From: Glaucostegus cemiculus
Lineage: Eukaryota
Length of the DNA: 64,000 nt
Assembly (NCBI GenBank): GCA_976551045.1
Contig: CDPCPM010000335.1
Location: forward strand, 1,364,001-1,428,000
Direction of reading: 5' to 3'
This document shows positions 34,641 to 47,374 of the stretch, piece by piece (the stretch's first letter is position 1; the number at the start of each line of letters is the position of its first letter). Both the position numbers and the translations under genes were made by a program. A model generated the notes under the pieces. That model was not told where the DNA came from, did no database searches, and worked only from the letters and a program-made list of their open reading frames with translations.

Positions 34641-36789
34641 TAAAGTCATAATCAGGTACAGATCACGTCAACTTGTTTCCATGCATTAAAGTGTCCAGTG
34701 AGTATTCACAAGTGTGACAATTAATTGAATGGAAATAGAGTACAGTAAAGTTATAATCTTTGTGAAAAAATATTTGCTAGATCTCTTCTTCATTAACTTA
34801 AAAAATTACCACATAATAATGCAGATTGCATCAAAACCTTTCATTATGTCATTGCATTGGGGAAACTAACTTATTATGACAAAAAAAACACAACACAAAC
34901 TGCATCAATTCCCTTCTAAATTCTTTCTTAAATGGCAATCGTGATGGGAACTACAGTAATCCCAGAATGTGCAGTGACACCTGCGGAATAAGTACTTTAG
35001 TCATTGACACTTGTGGGAAAGATTTCAAGTTCTTCCATGAGAGTGACAGTCCTTAGCAACTAGTGCTCTCAGGACACAGAGGAAGACAGATGTTGCCTTG
35101 TCTTTTGAGTGCTCATTCTTTGCCGCTCTCATTTAATAAACAAGTAAAGCCTTTACTAGGGTAATTATGCCAGATTAATATAATAGTTACTGCACTTTAA
35201 TTCCAGAAAATTCTGTGATAGACTAATGTTACAGACTCTAAATAAATGAAGGGACTGTTAATAAAATGAACATCAGCATTTAAAAAAAATCACCCCATGG
35301 ATGAAGAATCTACATGGGGATGAGGTGTGGGAGGGAATGGGATGAGACAAGTGGGGACCCAGGGACTACTCGACAATAAACTTTAAACAGAGGAGTAAGA
35401 AACATCAAATAAACAAAATAAGGGAAAACAGAGATAACAACGTGTTCACCACTAGCTCATGAACCAATCCAACCACACAGCGAGGTACAAGACATTACAG
35501 ACAGGAGGGCATTGGCTCAATGTGACTGACAGATTTGGGATCACCCTAACTTCATCCCATTTGTCTAGAGAGAAGTGGGCCCAACTTGGTCACAGTCCAC
35601 AGCTGCAGCCTACAGCTGTTCTGCAGCTGTGGACTGTGAATAGTGTGAACCTTGGATCCAGCTGTCATTTTCACTCCAGTTCCATCCCCTGGCACACCTC
35701 AAATCCCAATTCATACACATTGTTGGAAGGTTTTCCAATATTCACTGACAAGACTCGTACGTGGGAACTCCAGCTGGGTAGCTGACATATTGATCTATTA
35801 CGCGCACTCACAAATCTGTTTTTAGATCTGTATTGCCATCTTCAGCAGGTGAGGAAAAGGGATGGAGTAAAGTGGAAGGGAAGGAAAATAATCTGGGAAG
35901 ATAAGATAAAGGTTTGTTTAAAAAAAAGATATATAGTCCACTTTGCTTTCATGTAGGGTATTCTACCTTATAGTATAACACATGGTATTCAGCAGCTAAA
36001 TTAAATAATCAATGTTAATAGCTTTTGCTTGACTAAAGGTAGAAGGCGTTTTAGTTTCTAGTGTCTGTGAGGTTTTATGGCATGTCTGGTCAACACACCT
36101 CTGTTAGGCATTTACAGTCTTGGCAGTCACCATATGCTGCTTCAGAGATTCTGTAACAAACAAGAAATCCCTCAGGTGCTTGGTTTAATGGGGTTTTGCA
36201 GTTTCATTGCTAGGATACAATCATTATGGAGAGGGAGATTAATTTCTATGGTAAACATATTTGGAATATTAACAGACAGTATGAACGTCACCATTCTGCA
36301 AGAAGATGATATTTAATGGGAAGTGGCTGGGGTTGGGATGAGAGTGGTTGAACAACAACCCCTCCCAAAGCCTGGCTGACACGGAGTTTTTCTGGTTCCA
36401 AAAGGCAGGCAAGTATCAATGTTGTGCCCACCCGTACAGTAATCTGGTGTTCTTCCACTGAGTCCTGAAGATCAGGGCAACTATGGGCATATCCCAAGCA
36501 TAACTGGCAAAATCATATTCAGAGGATATTGAGGGCCCATACATTCAACCAGAAAGCAAGTATTGAACTAGTAATGTAACTGGTTTAAAGTATGCAAATT
36601 AAGTGCATAAAGCAACAAAATTACTTTTAAGATAAGTGCTTGTCAACATGCTAGTGACATAGTTTATCTGGTCTGGTGAGCATAAGCTCACTGTTAACCT
36701 CTGGAATGGCACAAACAATGCATAGACATGTTTGGGGAAAAACCTAAGTATTGAGATGATCCTAGGGTTAACCAGTATCTAAGCAACAG

Positions 36790-37290
36790 GGAAAAGTAGG
36801 AGAGTGATGGATGGGTGAAGGAGCACAACAAAGAGTGAGAGAGTGAGTCTCACTGTGTGTGGAAGTGAATGTGTGGAGGGGTAGTGTGAGTATTGCTGTG
36901 TGCAAGTACAGGTAGAGAAGGAGTAATTATCAATGTTTATGGGGAGGGGAGGGAGGGTGGGAGGGAGTGTCATTGTGTGTGAATGAGGAGAGGGACGGAG
37001 TGAGTCTGTGTGAGTGACAGGAAGGAGGGAGGGGAGTGCTACTGTGTGATGGTGAGGGGAGGAATGGGATGAGAGATAGTCAATGTACATGAGAGGGGGA
37101 GGGAGTGAGCGAGGGACACTAAGTGTAAGTGAGTAGAGTAAGAGTGTGTGTCACTGTGTCCATGAGGCGAGAGAGAGAGAACAGTGAGTGTCACTGTGAG
37201 TGAGCAAAGGGGTAGAGGAATGAATGAGTTTTAGTTGGTGAGTGAGGGGGGAGAGGGAGAGTCACTGAGTATGAGATTTGAAGGAAATGA
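36790..37290. repeat. degenerate GA/GT-rich minisatellite or low-complexity tract
   Basis: Recurring GGAGGGAGTG..ACTGTGTG.GA units; strongly purine-biased + strand. Confidence 0.75.
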
Positions 37291-37384
37291 TGGGAAAATA
37301 AGTTACTCACTGATATATCATGTGCCTATCGGTTCCAATAAAAATGTCTGCATTGATATTTGCTTAAGTCAATTTGTGCAAGAT

Positions 37385-38500
37385 AGGAAACACAAGAACA
37401 TCAGAAAATAGGTGCTGGAGAAGGTTGGGGGGGGGGGGGCATAAAGCACTCCATCCTTCAAACCTGCCTCTCCATTCAATATGATCATGACTGATCGGCC
37501 CCAGGCCTCAGCTCCTCTTCTGTGCCCATTCCCATGGCCTTCGATTCCCCAATCTTTCAAAAATGTATCTACCTCGTCTTTAAGTACCCCAGTGATCTAG
37601 TGTCCATAACCCTCTGAGGTAGAGAATTCCAGACATTCACTGCCACTGAGACAAAATTGCTACACGCCTCAGTTTTAAATGATCACCCCTGAATCATGTA
37701 ACTATGTCCCTTCATTTGAAACTTTCCCATCAGTGGAGACATCTCAACAGTTACCCTGGTTTACCCCCTTTGAATCAGTAAGATCACCCCTCATTCTTCT
37801 AGATCTCAAAGAAAACCAATCAACTTCTTTAGGCACACATGATACGACAACCCTCTCATCCCAGGAATGCCCTAGTAGATATCTTTTGGACTTCCACCAA
37901 TGCTCATACATCCTTCCTTCAATATGGGGAACAAAACAATGCACAGTTGTCCAGGTGTGGCCTCATCAACACACGCTGTACAATTGTAGCAATCCTTCCT
38001 CATTTCTAAACTCAAACACCCCTTGCAATGAAGGCCTTATATGCCATTGGTCTTCCTAGTACTTGCTGCACCTGCACATTAGTTTTCAAATGACACACAA
38101 GGGTGCCAAGGCCTCTTTGAACATCAACATTTCCCAATCTCTCACCATTTAAAAGATAATGAAAGTCAAAAACTGTGGATGCTGGAAACCTGAGAGACAA
38201 AACAAAAATCAGAAAATGTTGGAAACACTCAGTGAGTCAGGCAGCATCTGCAGAAAGAGAAACAGATAACGTTTCACATTAAAGACCCTTTATCCATTCT
38301 AAAAATGTAATTTTTTTCTCTTTCTGCTAATGCCATCTGACCAAGTGTTTCCAGCATTTTTGCTTATTCTGCAAAAGTGAACAAACTCACATTTTTCCCA
38401 CATTATACTCCATCTGCCATGCTGTCATCCACTCACTTCACTTGTCCATGTCTCTTTGAAGCCCTTTGTGTCTTCATCACTCCTCACATTCCCGATTAAA
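37385..38500 (-). mobile_element. CR1 LINE 3' ~0.9 kb, interrupted by a palindromic pLTR repeat at 38160-38372
   Basis: Minus ORF pieces YLLNGERLGNVDVQRGLGTLV..QVQQV..AFIARG and FSLRSRRMRGDL; 3' tail at ~37385-37520. Confidence 0.85.
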
Positions 38501-39244
38501 TTCACCATATTCAGTTCTGATGCCCGCTGAGCCTAGGGTCAGGGCATTACTGCCTGTTGATGCCATCCTGAGTGCAGCCGGCCACATGCTGTGCAATGTC
38601 ACGCAGAGTTAGCCTCCCCGACCCTCCCCGATATGCTGGGAGCAGGCCTCACAATGGAAGACCATGCCTGAGCTCACACAGGAAGCAGCAGCAGGTTCCA
38701 GGAACACCAGCAAACACCAGCTCAGTGGAAGATCTGCTCCCCTGGTTGTCTGACATCATACATATTTCTATGCCCTTTAGTTCCATTCTAAACCAAACAT
38801 TTTCTCAATTTTAAATATTTAATAATTAGCACATTGGGAATATTTTCTTTATATTTGTACGTATTACTTTCAAAGGACAATTACTGATTGTCTGATTTTG
38901 TGGTCAATGTTAAAGCAACAATATCTGCCTCTGACCCAGTAGCAACCTATCCACTAATAACCAATGATTTCAGTAGCATGCATCCCCCACCCCCCTCCCT
39001 CCCCAGCTAACATCAATTACTGGTGGGTATCATTTCAAGTAGAATCCTTGTGTCCAGCAAGGCTAATGTCATCAGGCAGAAGAGTTATGAATTACGCTGA
39101 AGAATTCTCAAGCCAGCTGCCAAGCAATGTTAAACTAACTTTTTGAACATACAAAGCACCGTGAAATAAAGACTGGAACATACGTACGTGATTAAGAATC
39201 AGAAATAACACGCTTGAAATTATCAGAAAGCAAAAAAAAAGCTT

Positions 39245-39370
39245 CTCCAACTTTTCCCAGTTCTGATGCAAGGTCATGTCCTGAAATATTAACTACTTTT
39301 CTTTCCACAGATGCAATCTGACCTGCTAAGTATTTACAGTATTTTTATTTTAAATCAGTTTGGAATTTTG
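39245..39370 (+). repeat. Penelope pLTR-derived repeat (broken hammerhead core)
   Basis: TTCTGATGCAAGGTCATGTCCTGAAATATTAAC..CCACAGATGCAATCTGACCTGCTAAGTATTT. Confidence 0.65.
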
Positions 39371-39907
39371 AAATATTTATCTGAGAAAGTGACAACCTAC
39401 ATGCTTAAATTTCTTTAGGGCTGGAGTGTTTTGATGCAGTAACCATGGCTTAGTGTGTCATTCAGCGACATGGTATGATAGTTTCAGGGTTACTTTGTAA
39501 CCAGAACAATTGTTCACTGATCTCTTCTTGCTATGTTGCAGCATTGACAGGATGGAGCACCATTAGAAGGACCAGGGATTTACTGGCGACAGTCTCTGGA
39601 ACTCCAGGTTTACGCACACATGCATACCCAGGTTTTCTGTATCAGAAATGGTGTGCACTGTTCAGCAATGCTCTATTTAAACGCAAATTATTGTCATTAA
39701 GTACTCATGGTCTGTTAGAAAAATGGGCTTGATGGAATCTAACCAATGATTCTTGGCATTGTTTTTTTTTACTAATGATCATTTTAATAGAAGATCTTTA
39801 AGTTTATTGTGCAAATATTGAAGGTGCTAGGGTATACTGGCATAGTCACAAACCGAACTGGTCATATTACTTGAAGAGAAACATTTCATTTTACCCAGGA
39901 TACTTAC

Positions 39908-40187
39908 TCGGAATCAGAATTGTCTCCATGGGCAGTGCTTGTGCCCGTTCTAATACTCATAGGTATTGGCATCATCCCGTTTAACTGTTCTCTTGATTGT
40001 TGCCTGCTTGCCTGCCTTATCAATATGCCCGTGCCTGCGGCTGTGCGTGTGCCATCACTGGACACTACTGAGGAGGTCTGTGAGGAAATGGTTGTTGCTT
40101 TACAATTGGAGAGTTCATTGTGTATTTGATTTATCCGATTCTTTTCTTTTAAAGGTGGCGGATAGGTGACCTTATTTTTAAGAATAC
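39908..40187 (-). CDS. CELSR1: CELSR1 penultimate exon: (G)ILKNKVTYPPPLKEKNRINQIHNELSNCK...MSIRTGTSTAHGDNSDS(E)
   Basis: TTGCAG acceptor, GTAAGT donor; 280 nt, phase 1 to 2. Confidence 0.95.
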
Positions 40188-40438
40188 CTGCAACAGAAAA
40201 GAACACCTACTTCAATGCATCATAGAATTTCAACTGAAGGTATCTTCAAATATCCACATAACCAAAACTTAAACAAACTTTTACTTTTTCCTCATTTTCT
40301 TTGCCTCCAATGAACCTCAACCCCATTATTTATATTGACTTGTAAATGCTTTACAAACACTACAAATTTGCTGCAGTAATGTTCAGTTAAAATAGATTTG
40401 AAAATCTTATTGTAATAGGAGGAATTCCAATAGAATTA

Positions 40439-40462
40439 GTTTACCACCTGTTGGTGGTAAAC
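40439..40462. repeat. perfect 10-bp inverted repeat GTTTACCACC-TGTT-GGTGGTAAAC
   Basis: Direct read. Confidence 0.8.
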
Positions 40463-40779
40463 CTGTTTAGAGGAACTATTTTGTTGGACTTAATCTATCT
40501 GTAGTTCTTCCAATAAGTATTTTGGATCTCTGTGGGCAAGTCATCAATATTCTCTGGTGGAAGGAGGAACAGCTTCTTGCAACAACCTGCTGGGTTTGTG
40601 GGTATAGCCCAGATTTCCTGCATCACAAATTCATCATCTTCCTGACATGGGTGGACTTCAGAGGGCAGAGGTGACCTCCCACTAGTGTACCCATGGAACA
40701 TTGGCTGGTGAAGCACCATTGTTGTGCACACCTCCCAAGGTTGTTCCACCTCTTCACTTCCCTGCAACTTAAAACATGT

Positions 40780-40925
40780 ACAATTTCTAAATTTTCCTAA
40801 ATTAATGTCATCGTCAAGAAACATTAACTCTGTTTGTCTCTTCAAGGATGCTGCCTGAACTGCTGAGTCCAGCATTTTCTGATTTTATTTTAGATTTTCA
40901 ACATTTGCAGTATTTTGCTTTTCAA
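40780..40925 (+). repeat. Penelope pLTR-derived repeat
   Basis: GAAACATTAACTCTG..GATGCTGCCTGAACTGCTGAGTCCAGCATTTTCTG..AGATTTTCAACATTTGCAG. Confidence 0.65.
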
Positions 40926-41454
40926 CCTCCATGCAATCATTGGGCTGAGTGACTGGAGACCTGGATATTCTACCAGCTATAACCATTCTTAATCAGAGCA
41001 GTGTGGCAAAAAAAAAATCCATGTTTAAAAGGTGATTTTCAAATGCGACCCAATGCCTTCAATCAGACCTGGTGGGTCAGCGGGCTAACCAGCTAACCAT
41101 CCAGACTGCTGCTATGCAACATATTACACATTCCTGCAGTGTAAATATTAAACTGGTAACAAGTAAATCAGTTAGTCCTCTCTCCAGTGTTCTAGTTGAG
41201 AATCATTAAATTCACCCACTGCAGCACCATGGTTCCAGACATGTGCCCTCTGTTCAAAATTTTAAGAAGAATCTACAGGCAGTCTTTGCCCTGTCCCCCT
41301 TTTGACTTTCGGTAGCTAAATTAAATTCAGCTGAAGATTGCTTTCAAAACAAAAATTCCTTAAACTTCAAAGAGAAAAGGTTTATATATTATATTTCACG
41401 CTTTATTTCTGACAAAGAAATTAATTCCTTTGCCATCTTCAGAGGAATACTTGC

Positions 41455-41694
41455 CTTTTCTTTGCTCTGGTTGTGGATTGGAGTTTGGCTGAGGTGCAGA
41501 TGGGACTTCCTTTTCTTGTGGCTCACCCTCACTTGCCCTCGGAATGTCACCACAGTGATTATTTTCTCTGTGAAACTCAACATTTACTTTCGTCTCCACC
41601 CTTAGTTTCTCGGGCACTCCATGGTCCTCACTATCGCTGGCTGTTGTACATTCTGCAGGCCAGTACTGTTTTCCATGATTGGGCATGGATTCAG
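41455..41694 (-). CDS. CELSR1: CELSR1 exon: (A)ESMPNHGKQYWPAECTTASDSEDHGVPEKLRVETKVNVEFHRE...PQPEQRK(G)
   Basis: CAACAG acceptor; non-canonical AAG|GCAAGT donor; 240 nt, phase 1 to 1; LRVETKVNVE and PEQRKG conserved. Confidence 0.9.
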
Positions 41695-42211
41695 CTGTTG
41701 AGGGAAAAGTTCAGGCTAAAGTTCAACTAGAAATCTACCTCTGTATTTTTAATTCTCACAAAACATATAACATTCAAGTTTCAGAAACATTAGACCCACA
41801 CTTAAAGAAGATCTAATATGAATCCTAAGATGTCCATGTTTCCGGGCAGCACTCTCAGTATGCCAGAACCTGCAGCCGCTCCACACTGCAATATTTGTCC
41901 AATGGATTCTTGGCTTATTGCTCACCAAAAATCTCTTTTTGCTCAGTGTCCACTTTTGACTGTTTACAGCTTCTGTGAAGAATCTGCATTGTCTAAACAT
42001 TACTTCCCAATATATGTCATTATAATTCTCTGTGCAAAAGTGTGTGATGAGACTCTCAATTATTTTTAAATGAAGCCTCAGTTGGAGGAGTATCGCTGGG
42101 TATTGTGGACTACCCTAGCAGCAGTGTTCTGTAGGTAGCTGGACAATGTTAGATTCCCTTTCATTCGAGCTATCATTTCTTTCCACCGTTTCTTGTGGTG
42201 CTGTGCCTTAC

Positions 42212-42388
42212 CCTTTGGCGTACTGTGCATGGGATTTCTTTCATTATTTTTGGGTGCCCCTTGCTTCCATTTGGGATTGGGATCTGCTTGAAATTCATCT
42301 TCTTCACTATCTGATGAATGACTTGAAGCATAGGAGCTGCTGTGATCATCTTCCAGGGAAAGTTCACTGTCTGAGTCAGAATCTGGCT
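42212..42388 (-). CDS. CELSR1: CELSR1 exon: (E)PDSDSDSELSLEDDHSSSYASSHSSDSEEDE...PMHSTPK
   Basis: TTCCAG acceptor, GTAAGG donor; 177 nt; CELSR Ser/Asp-rich motif. Confidence 0.95.
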
Positions 42389-42866
42389 CTGGAATAAAGA
42401 AACAAGTGGGGGGAGAAGTCCATTACCAAGAATAAGGATAATGTGTACACACTGATTACCAATGACATCGCAAATTCTGCCAAGTCTTAGCCATCACCTA
42501 GACTCTCACAAGAGCAACGGTGATATCATTATTAGTTAAATCCAGATCAGGCCTTATATTGGTTCTGGGCCCATGGACTATTTATATTAAGTATCTGTTT
42601 GATATCGCTAAATGAAATTCTGACACCAAACTTTGAAAAAATTACTTACAAGTTTCAAATAGATTGCTAAAAATATCATTAGATTGTAATTTCAATACTT
42701 CCTTCATTTGAAATTTTTCCAATTATTTGCATTTGTTCTGTATCAGAAACTATTGTATTCAGAATGTCGCCAATGTTCTTTAAATTGTCAATTAACTATC
42801 TAAGAGCACATTTTGGAGAAATGGATTATAAGAAAAACTACCACCAGTAGTTTTACCTAGCCTTAC

Positions 42867-42967
42867 CATCAGGTTTCTTTATTTTTTTGTGGAATATTGA
42901 AGAATCTGGTTCAGTTTGCCCAACTTCTGCTTGACTTGACAATAAACTCACCCTCTGAGCTTCATCC
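42867..42967 (-). CDS. CELSR1: CELSR1 exon: (R)DEAQRVSLLSSQAEVGQTEPDSSIFHKKIKKPD
   Basis: TTCGTAG acceptor, GTAAGG donor; 101 nt, phase 2 to 1. Confidence 0.9.
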
Positions 42968-44041
42968 CTACGAACAGATGCAGAACTGTTTAGGTATTAA
43001 TATAATTTGGTCAAAATTAGACAAAGAACCAAGAGGAGCCATTGTAAGGTTATGACTGTTTACAAATGGATCTCTCTTGACTCTACTTTAAGCAAATAGA
43101 CAAACAATTCCATGAACTGAAAACATATTGCCTTCTCAAGAAAGAAAGTCTAGGACAATGGGGTATTGCATTTGAGAAAAGGCAGCAGTAGCCTCATGAA
43201 GACCAGAGGATCTGTGACCAAAGTTTACTTAGTTTGACCATATCAAAGGACTCCAGCCTGCTATTTCAGAATACGAGAACTGGCTGGATTGATAGGAAAA
43301 CCAATGGGTCCCAAGCATTTATCGAATAGTGAATAATAACTGTTCAAAACTTGATCACTGTCTTGGGTCAAATCTAGCAAAATCCACAGTAAAACAAAGT
43401 TTATAGGAGGAAGACGTCAGAATCTAATGACTAGGTGGGCTGATGGTATAAAAATAAAAAGAAAAAAAAACTAAAGGGAACCTACTGTGGCTATCTTCCA
43501 ATGAAAATACATCTATCAATTGTCTGCAGGAATTCATCTCTTCACTGATTTTACTCTTAAATTCTAAAAAAGTAGAAGACACTAGTGCTGTCTTAACTAG
43601 CTCAGCTATTTACTCCTGAGCACTCTAATCATACACATTGTCTTCTGTACAGTTCAATGAAGTTTAGAGCAGACATTATTTTGTACAATATTACAATTGA
43701 GTCATAAGCTGGCAGTATTCCAAATAAATTTATACAGCCTTGGGTTTTACTTAACTAGAAATTAAGCATTTCACTTCAATTAACATCTGGTGCCAAGTCA
43801 TCACATTTTCATGATCTTGCATGTCTCATTGCAAGTGTTTAGTTATAATGAAAAGCGTAGATAGCAGTAATAAGCTAGGTAAATTAAAGTACAACCAAAC
43901 AGATACAGTAAACCAAAGATTACAAGGCACAAGTGACCATTAAATTGCACAAATTAATACAGCACGATGGTAACAGACCATGAAATGGGTTATATTAGTG
44001 CAGCAGGACAGATCAGAGTCATGCACCCTTCACCTGATTAC

Positions 44042-44178
44042 CTGAGTTTATAAGCAATGCAGCTATTGTGGCTCTTGGCTGACCTGACAGTGCTCTCCAT
44101 GGAGGCTGTAGATTCTCCAATGGCAGTGCGATACATTCGCCCCTCATCCACATATGTATTGTTACAGTTGAGTGACCG
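44042..44178 (-). CDS. CELSR1: CELSR1 exon: RSLNCNNTYVDEGRMYRTAIGESTASMESTVRSAKSHNSCIAYKL(R); alternative donor would end at 44084
   Basis: TTCTAG acceptor; CAG|GTAATC donor (137 nt) or internal CAG|GTCAGC (95 nt), both phase 2. Confidence 0.9.
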
Positions 44179-47100
44179 CTAGAAGAGAGCAGAATTTCAT
44201 TTCACTGATTAGTTCATTGCTCTGATCTGTGCTACCTGCTAAATTAGTTAGTGACTTTCAGTCACTAAACATATGGGCAAAGACAGGATGATCCAATTAT
44301 AGCAAGTGACGTTAATGCATCTTGTGGTGAACGGACTGCTGAACTAGAAGCAACACATTTCAATTAAAGAACAAATTTTATTATGAACGCCTCTTGATCC
44401 TAATCTCCAATCCATCATATGATGGAAGGGATCTACCAGCCCTGATTTGGTCTCTCATACAACTTCCTTTTTCTCGATACAAGGAGAGATGGAATTGTGG
44501 CAAGATCAAAATGACAAAAAAATAAAGTTTCAACTGATCTCTTGGCAGATGCCTGCTTGTTGCTATTTTTAACTTGTCCTTGGTTTAGATCATCTGTGTC
44601 AGAAGTACATGGGAGCATATTATTCAGTGCAAATTGGGAGATTTAAGACCCCCAACAGCATTCTGGTAAAGTTACAAGTGATAACTGCTAATCTCACATG
44701 ACATAAAGTGGAAATAAGTCAGAACCGACATCACAAATAAGCAAACACTGGATGTAGTGGAGACAATCAAAGGTATTTTGACAGTTCTTGGGTAATAGGG
44801 CAACAAAATTGCTCTTTCTCTGTGGCTTGCCATTAGAACCTTTCTCATAAGATTTTTTGTCACATTCAGTAATTGGCCAGCCCAGCCCTATCCTGCACTG
44901 CATGTTTATGTTGATGGTTTTCTCCAAAACAGTACTCAGTGTGGTAGTCCTTTAAAGTATTGAAGCAAATCAGGCCCAATCCAGAAAACGATTCAGACCT
45001 TGTGCTGGGTTTGTTAGGCAAGTGTTCCTGATATAATCTACCTGATGAATGGCAAAGACCCACTATCTCTTGTCTCACGCCATCTTTCGATTCATAACAT
45101 CATTAACCTAATAGAGGTGCAATTTTATTAGACCATTCTTAGAACTTAGCAAGAATCCCTAATAGGTAGTGTCACTGGGAAAAGGTTCTCTGCTGACTGT
45201 GTGGATTTTTAATATTGCAACTTGTTGCTAAAATTAGCATTTTTACATTATCTTAAACCATAATTAATTTATTATGGAGCTCCCAAATAGAGAACAACTT
45301 GTTGTTCATTTCCATTTAAATTTGCGTTTATCCTTAACTTTAATCAGACATTTTCTTTTAAAGAAATAACTCTGCAACTTTTCAGTTGTATGACTCATTT
45401 TAATTTAATATTCATTCTCATGATTGCCCTTCCCACTTAATCTTGATGGTAATGGCCAAAGACTACATTGAGAAATAGCCTTATGACTGAATCTGTGTAA
45501 AGCCTCTGCCAGGCTTTATAAATTCTTGCTCAATGCCTCCCAGATAATCTCTCAGCAATTCAATCTCCCTCATGCTTTTATTTTGCACAGCTAAGTTATC
45601 CATTATTTTCTGGATGGTATTTCAGTTCAAAGTTTTTGGATTCTTTAAACCTGCTTGATATTAGAGGTACTGCAACAGAATTAATTCATGTTATTAGCAC
45701 TTCGGTAACCAGAGAAAGCATCAATAATTTTCTTCATTAACAAGGTGTGTTTGGCAATTAATTTATGAAAAATTTGTGGCAATGCTTATGTTTTGAATAA
45801 GATACCAACATTAATTTTTTTTCTTTTTTTCCTCTTCCAGGGCAAAAGGTTGTTTAGCAAGTGGATGGGTGCTTAAACCAAGAAAGTACTGACAATTTAA
45901 TTCAGTTCAGGACACTATAACACTAATTAATAAAAGTACCTTTGGTGTGTACAGTTCCTCTTATTGGGTCATTACTCTTCCCTAAATGCCGTCCAGTAAG
46001 AATTGTTTTAGGATTGAATATTTTAAATAATGGAAAGTATCTCAGAATGGAGCTTGATTTTATTGCAAAGACAAATAAAGTGGAGGTGTGGGGGAAGATG
46101 GCAGAATATTATTCCATTCCCGATATTTAACCTTGACAGATGATTAAGAATTAAAAGGCAATAATAAAATTAGCTTCCAGAAAACAGATGAAAACATTCC
46201 TTTGCTCCCTGAAGTACAACCACTTAAAACAAAATCAACTGGACTGAAAAGAGGCCAGAAAAAAATAACACCTATTTAGAATAACCCAAAATTACAAGTT
46301 CCAATAGGTTTGTGGGCCATTTCTGAGATCATGGAACTGCCAAACAAGCAGTAAATTGATCTGAGTTTATTAACATTGGTTGTATTTATTGAGCAAATCT
46401 TAGGTGATGTGTTGCTCTGGGCAGAGGGCTCAGGAGAAGTTTAAAGACAACTTTCTGTTGTTAATCATCTCGGTGTGGCAATAAATGAGAGGTAAATTCT
46501 ACTGTAAGACAAAGTATACAACATTAGAAGGAAGGTTCAGCAGGCTCCAAAATACTCGCCATCCAGTGATTTTCTGATATAGTTTCTTATATGCTCAGAG
46601 TCAATATCTGGTAGGAGCATAACAACTAAGGAAGAAACGCTGAATGCAAATTTTGGTCAGTCACTAGAGACAAAATTGTCATGATGCATTTACATAAAAT
46701 GTCTTGACTACAGATGGGTGGAACTGGGAAAAATAAGAACAGAAATCTAGCTTACTCAATGGACTGAAATGAGGAAAATCCAAGGAATATACTCTTTTCT
46801 ATAAGAAAAGTTTAAAAGTTCTATGGATTAACATTTTAGCTCCGTACTTTCAGCAGGAAAACTTGGTGATCTGTTATGAATACAAAATTCATTCATGCAT
46901 GTTGCATTGTTGCTCACCATTAGGGCTACTTCCATCAAAGCAAGGGGAACATTCATTACGTGTCTTAAAATGAATAATGTCGTAAATAGGAAAAGACTTC
47001 CAATTAGAAAGTAAATAATGAGGAACTTGAAGTGGTCATGAAGAGACTGAGAAAAGCGTTTAGAAGATTTATTTTTGCAGAGAAATGTTAGAGTGAATAC

Positions 47101-47374
47101 TTTGTCTTTTGGATTAGTTAATGCAGAAAACACTTATAGGTGATAAGTGGATAAAGAGACAGAAAGAATGAGATGTTTCTTTTGTAAACATCATATTACA
47201 GGTTGAGCAAGGGGCATGTTAAAAAGGAGTGAAGCCAAGACTGACATCAAGGCTCAAATGCAGCGCTGTAAGTTCTGTGCACAGTGGTAGAATGGTACAG
47301 ACCACAAGGCTTTGTATGATGGTTGATGAAATGATCTGTGAGATAAATACAAGTGGAATTACCCTGAATGGAAT

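Noticed and set aside
38510-38760. GC-richer patch with faint Myb/SANT-like peptide on - (DVRQPGEQIF..AQAWSSI)
   Set aside because: Too degenerate to call without a profile search; probably a transposon scrap
40495-40875. 126-aa minus-strand ORF inside a CELSR1 intron
   Set aside because: Starts within a pLTR repeat, has no CELSR similarity, and the flanking exons already join in frame
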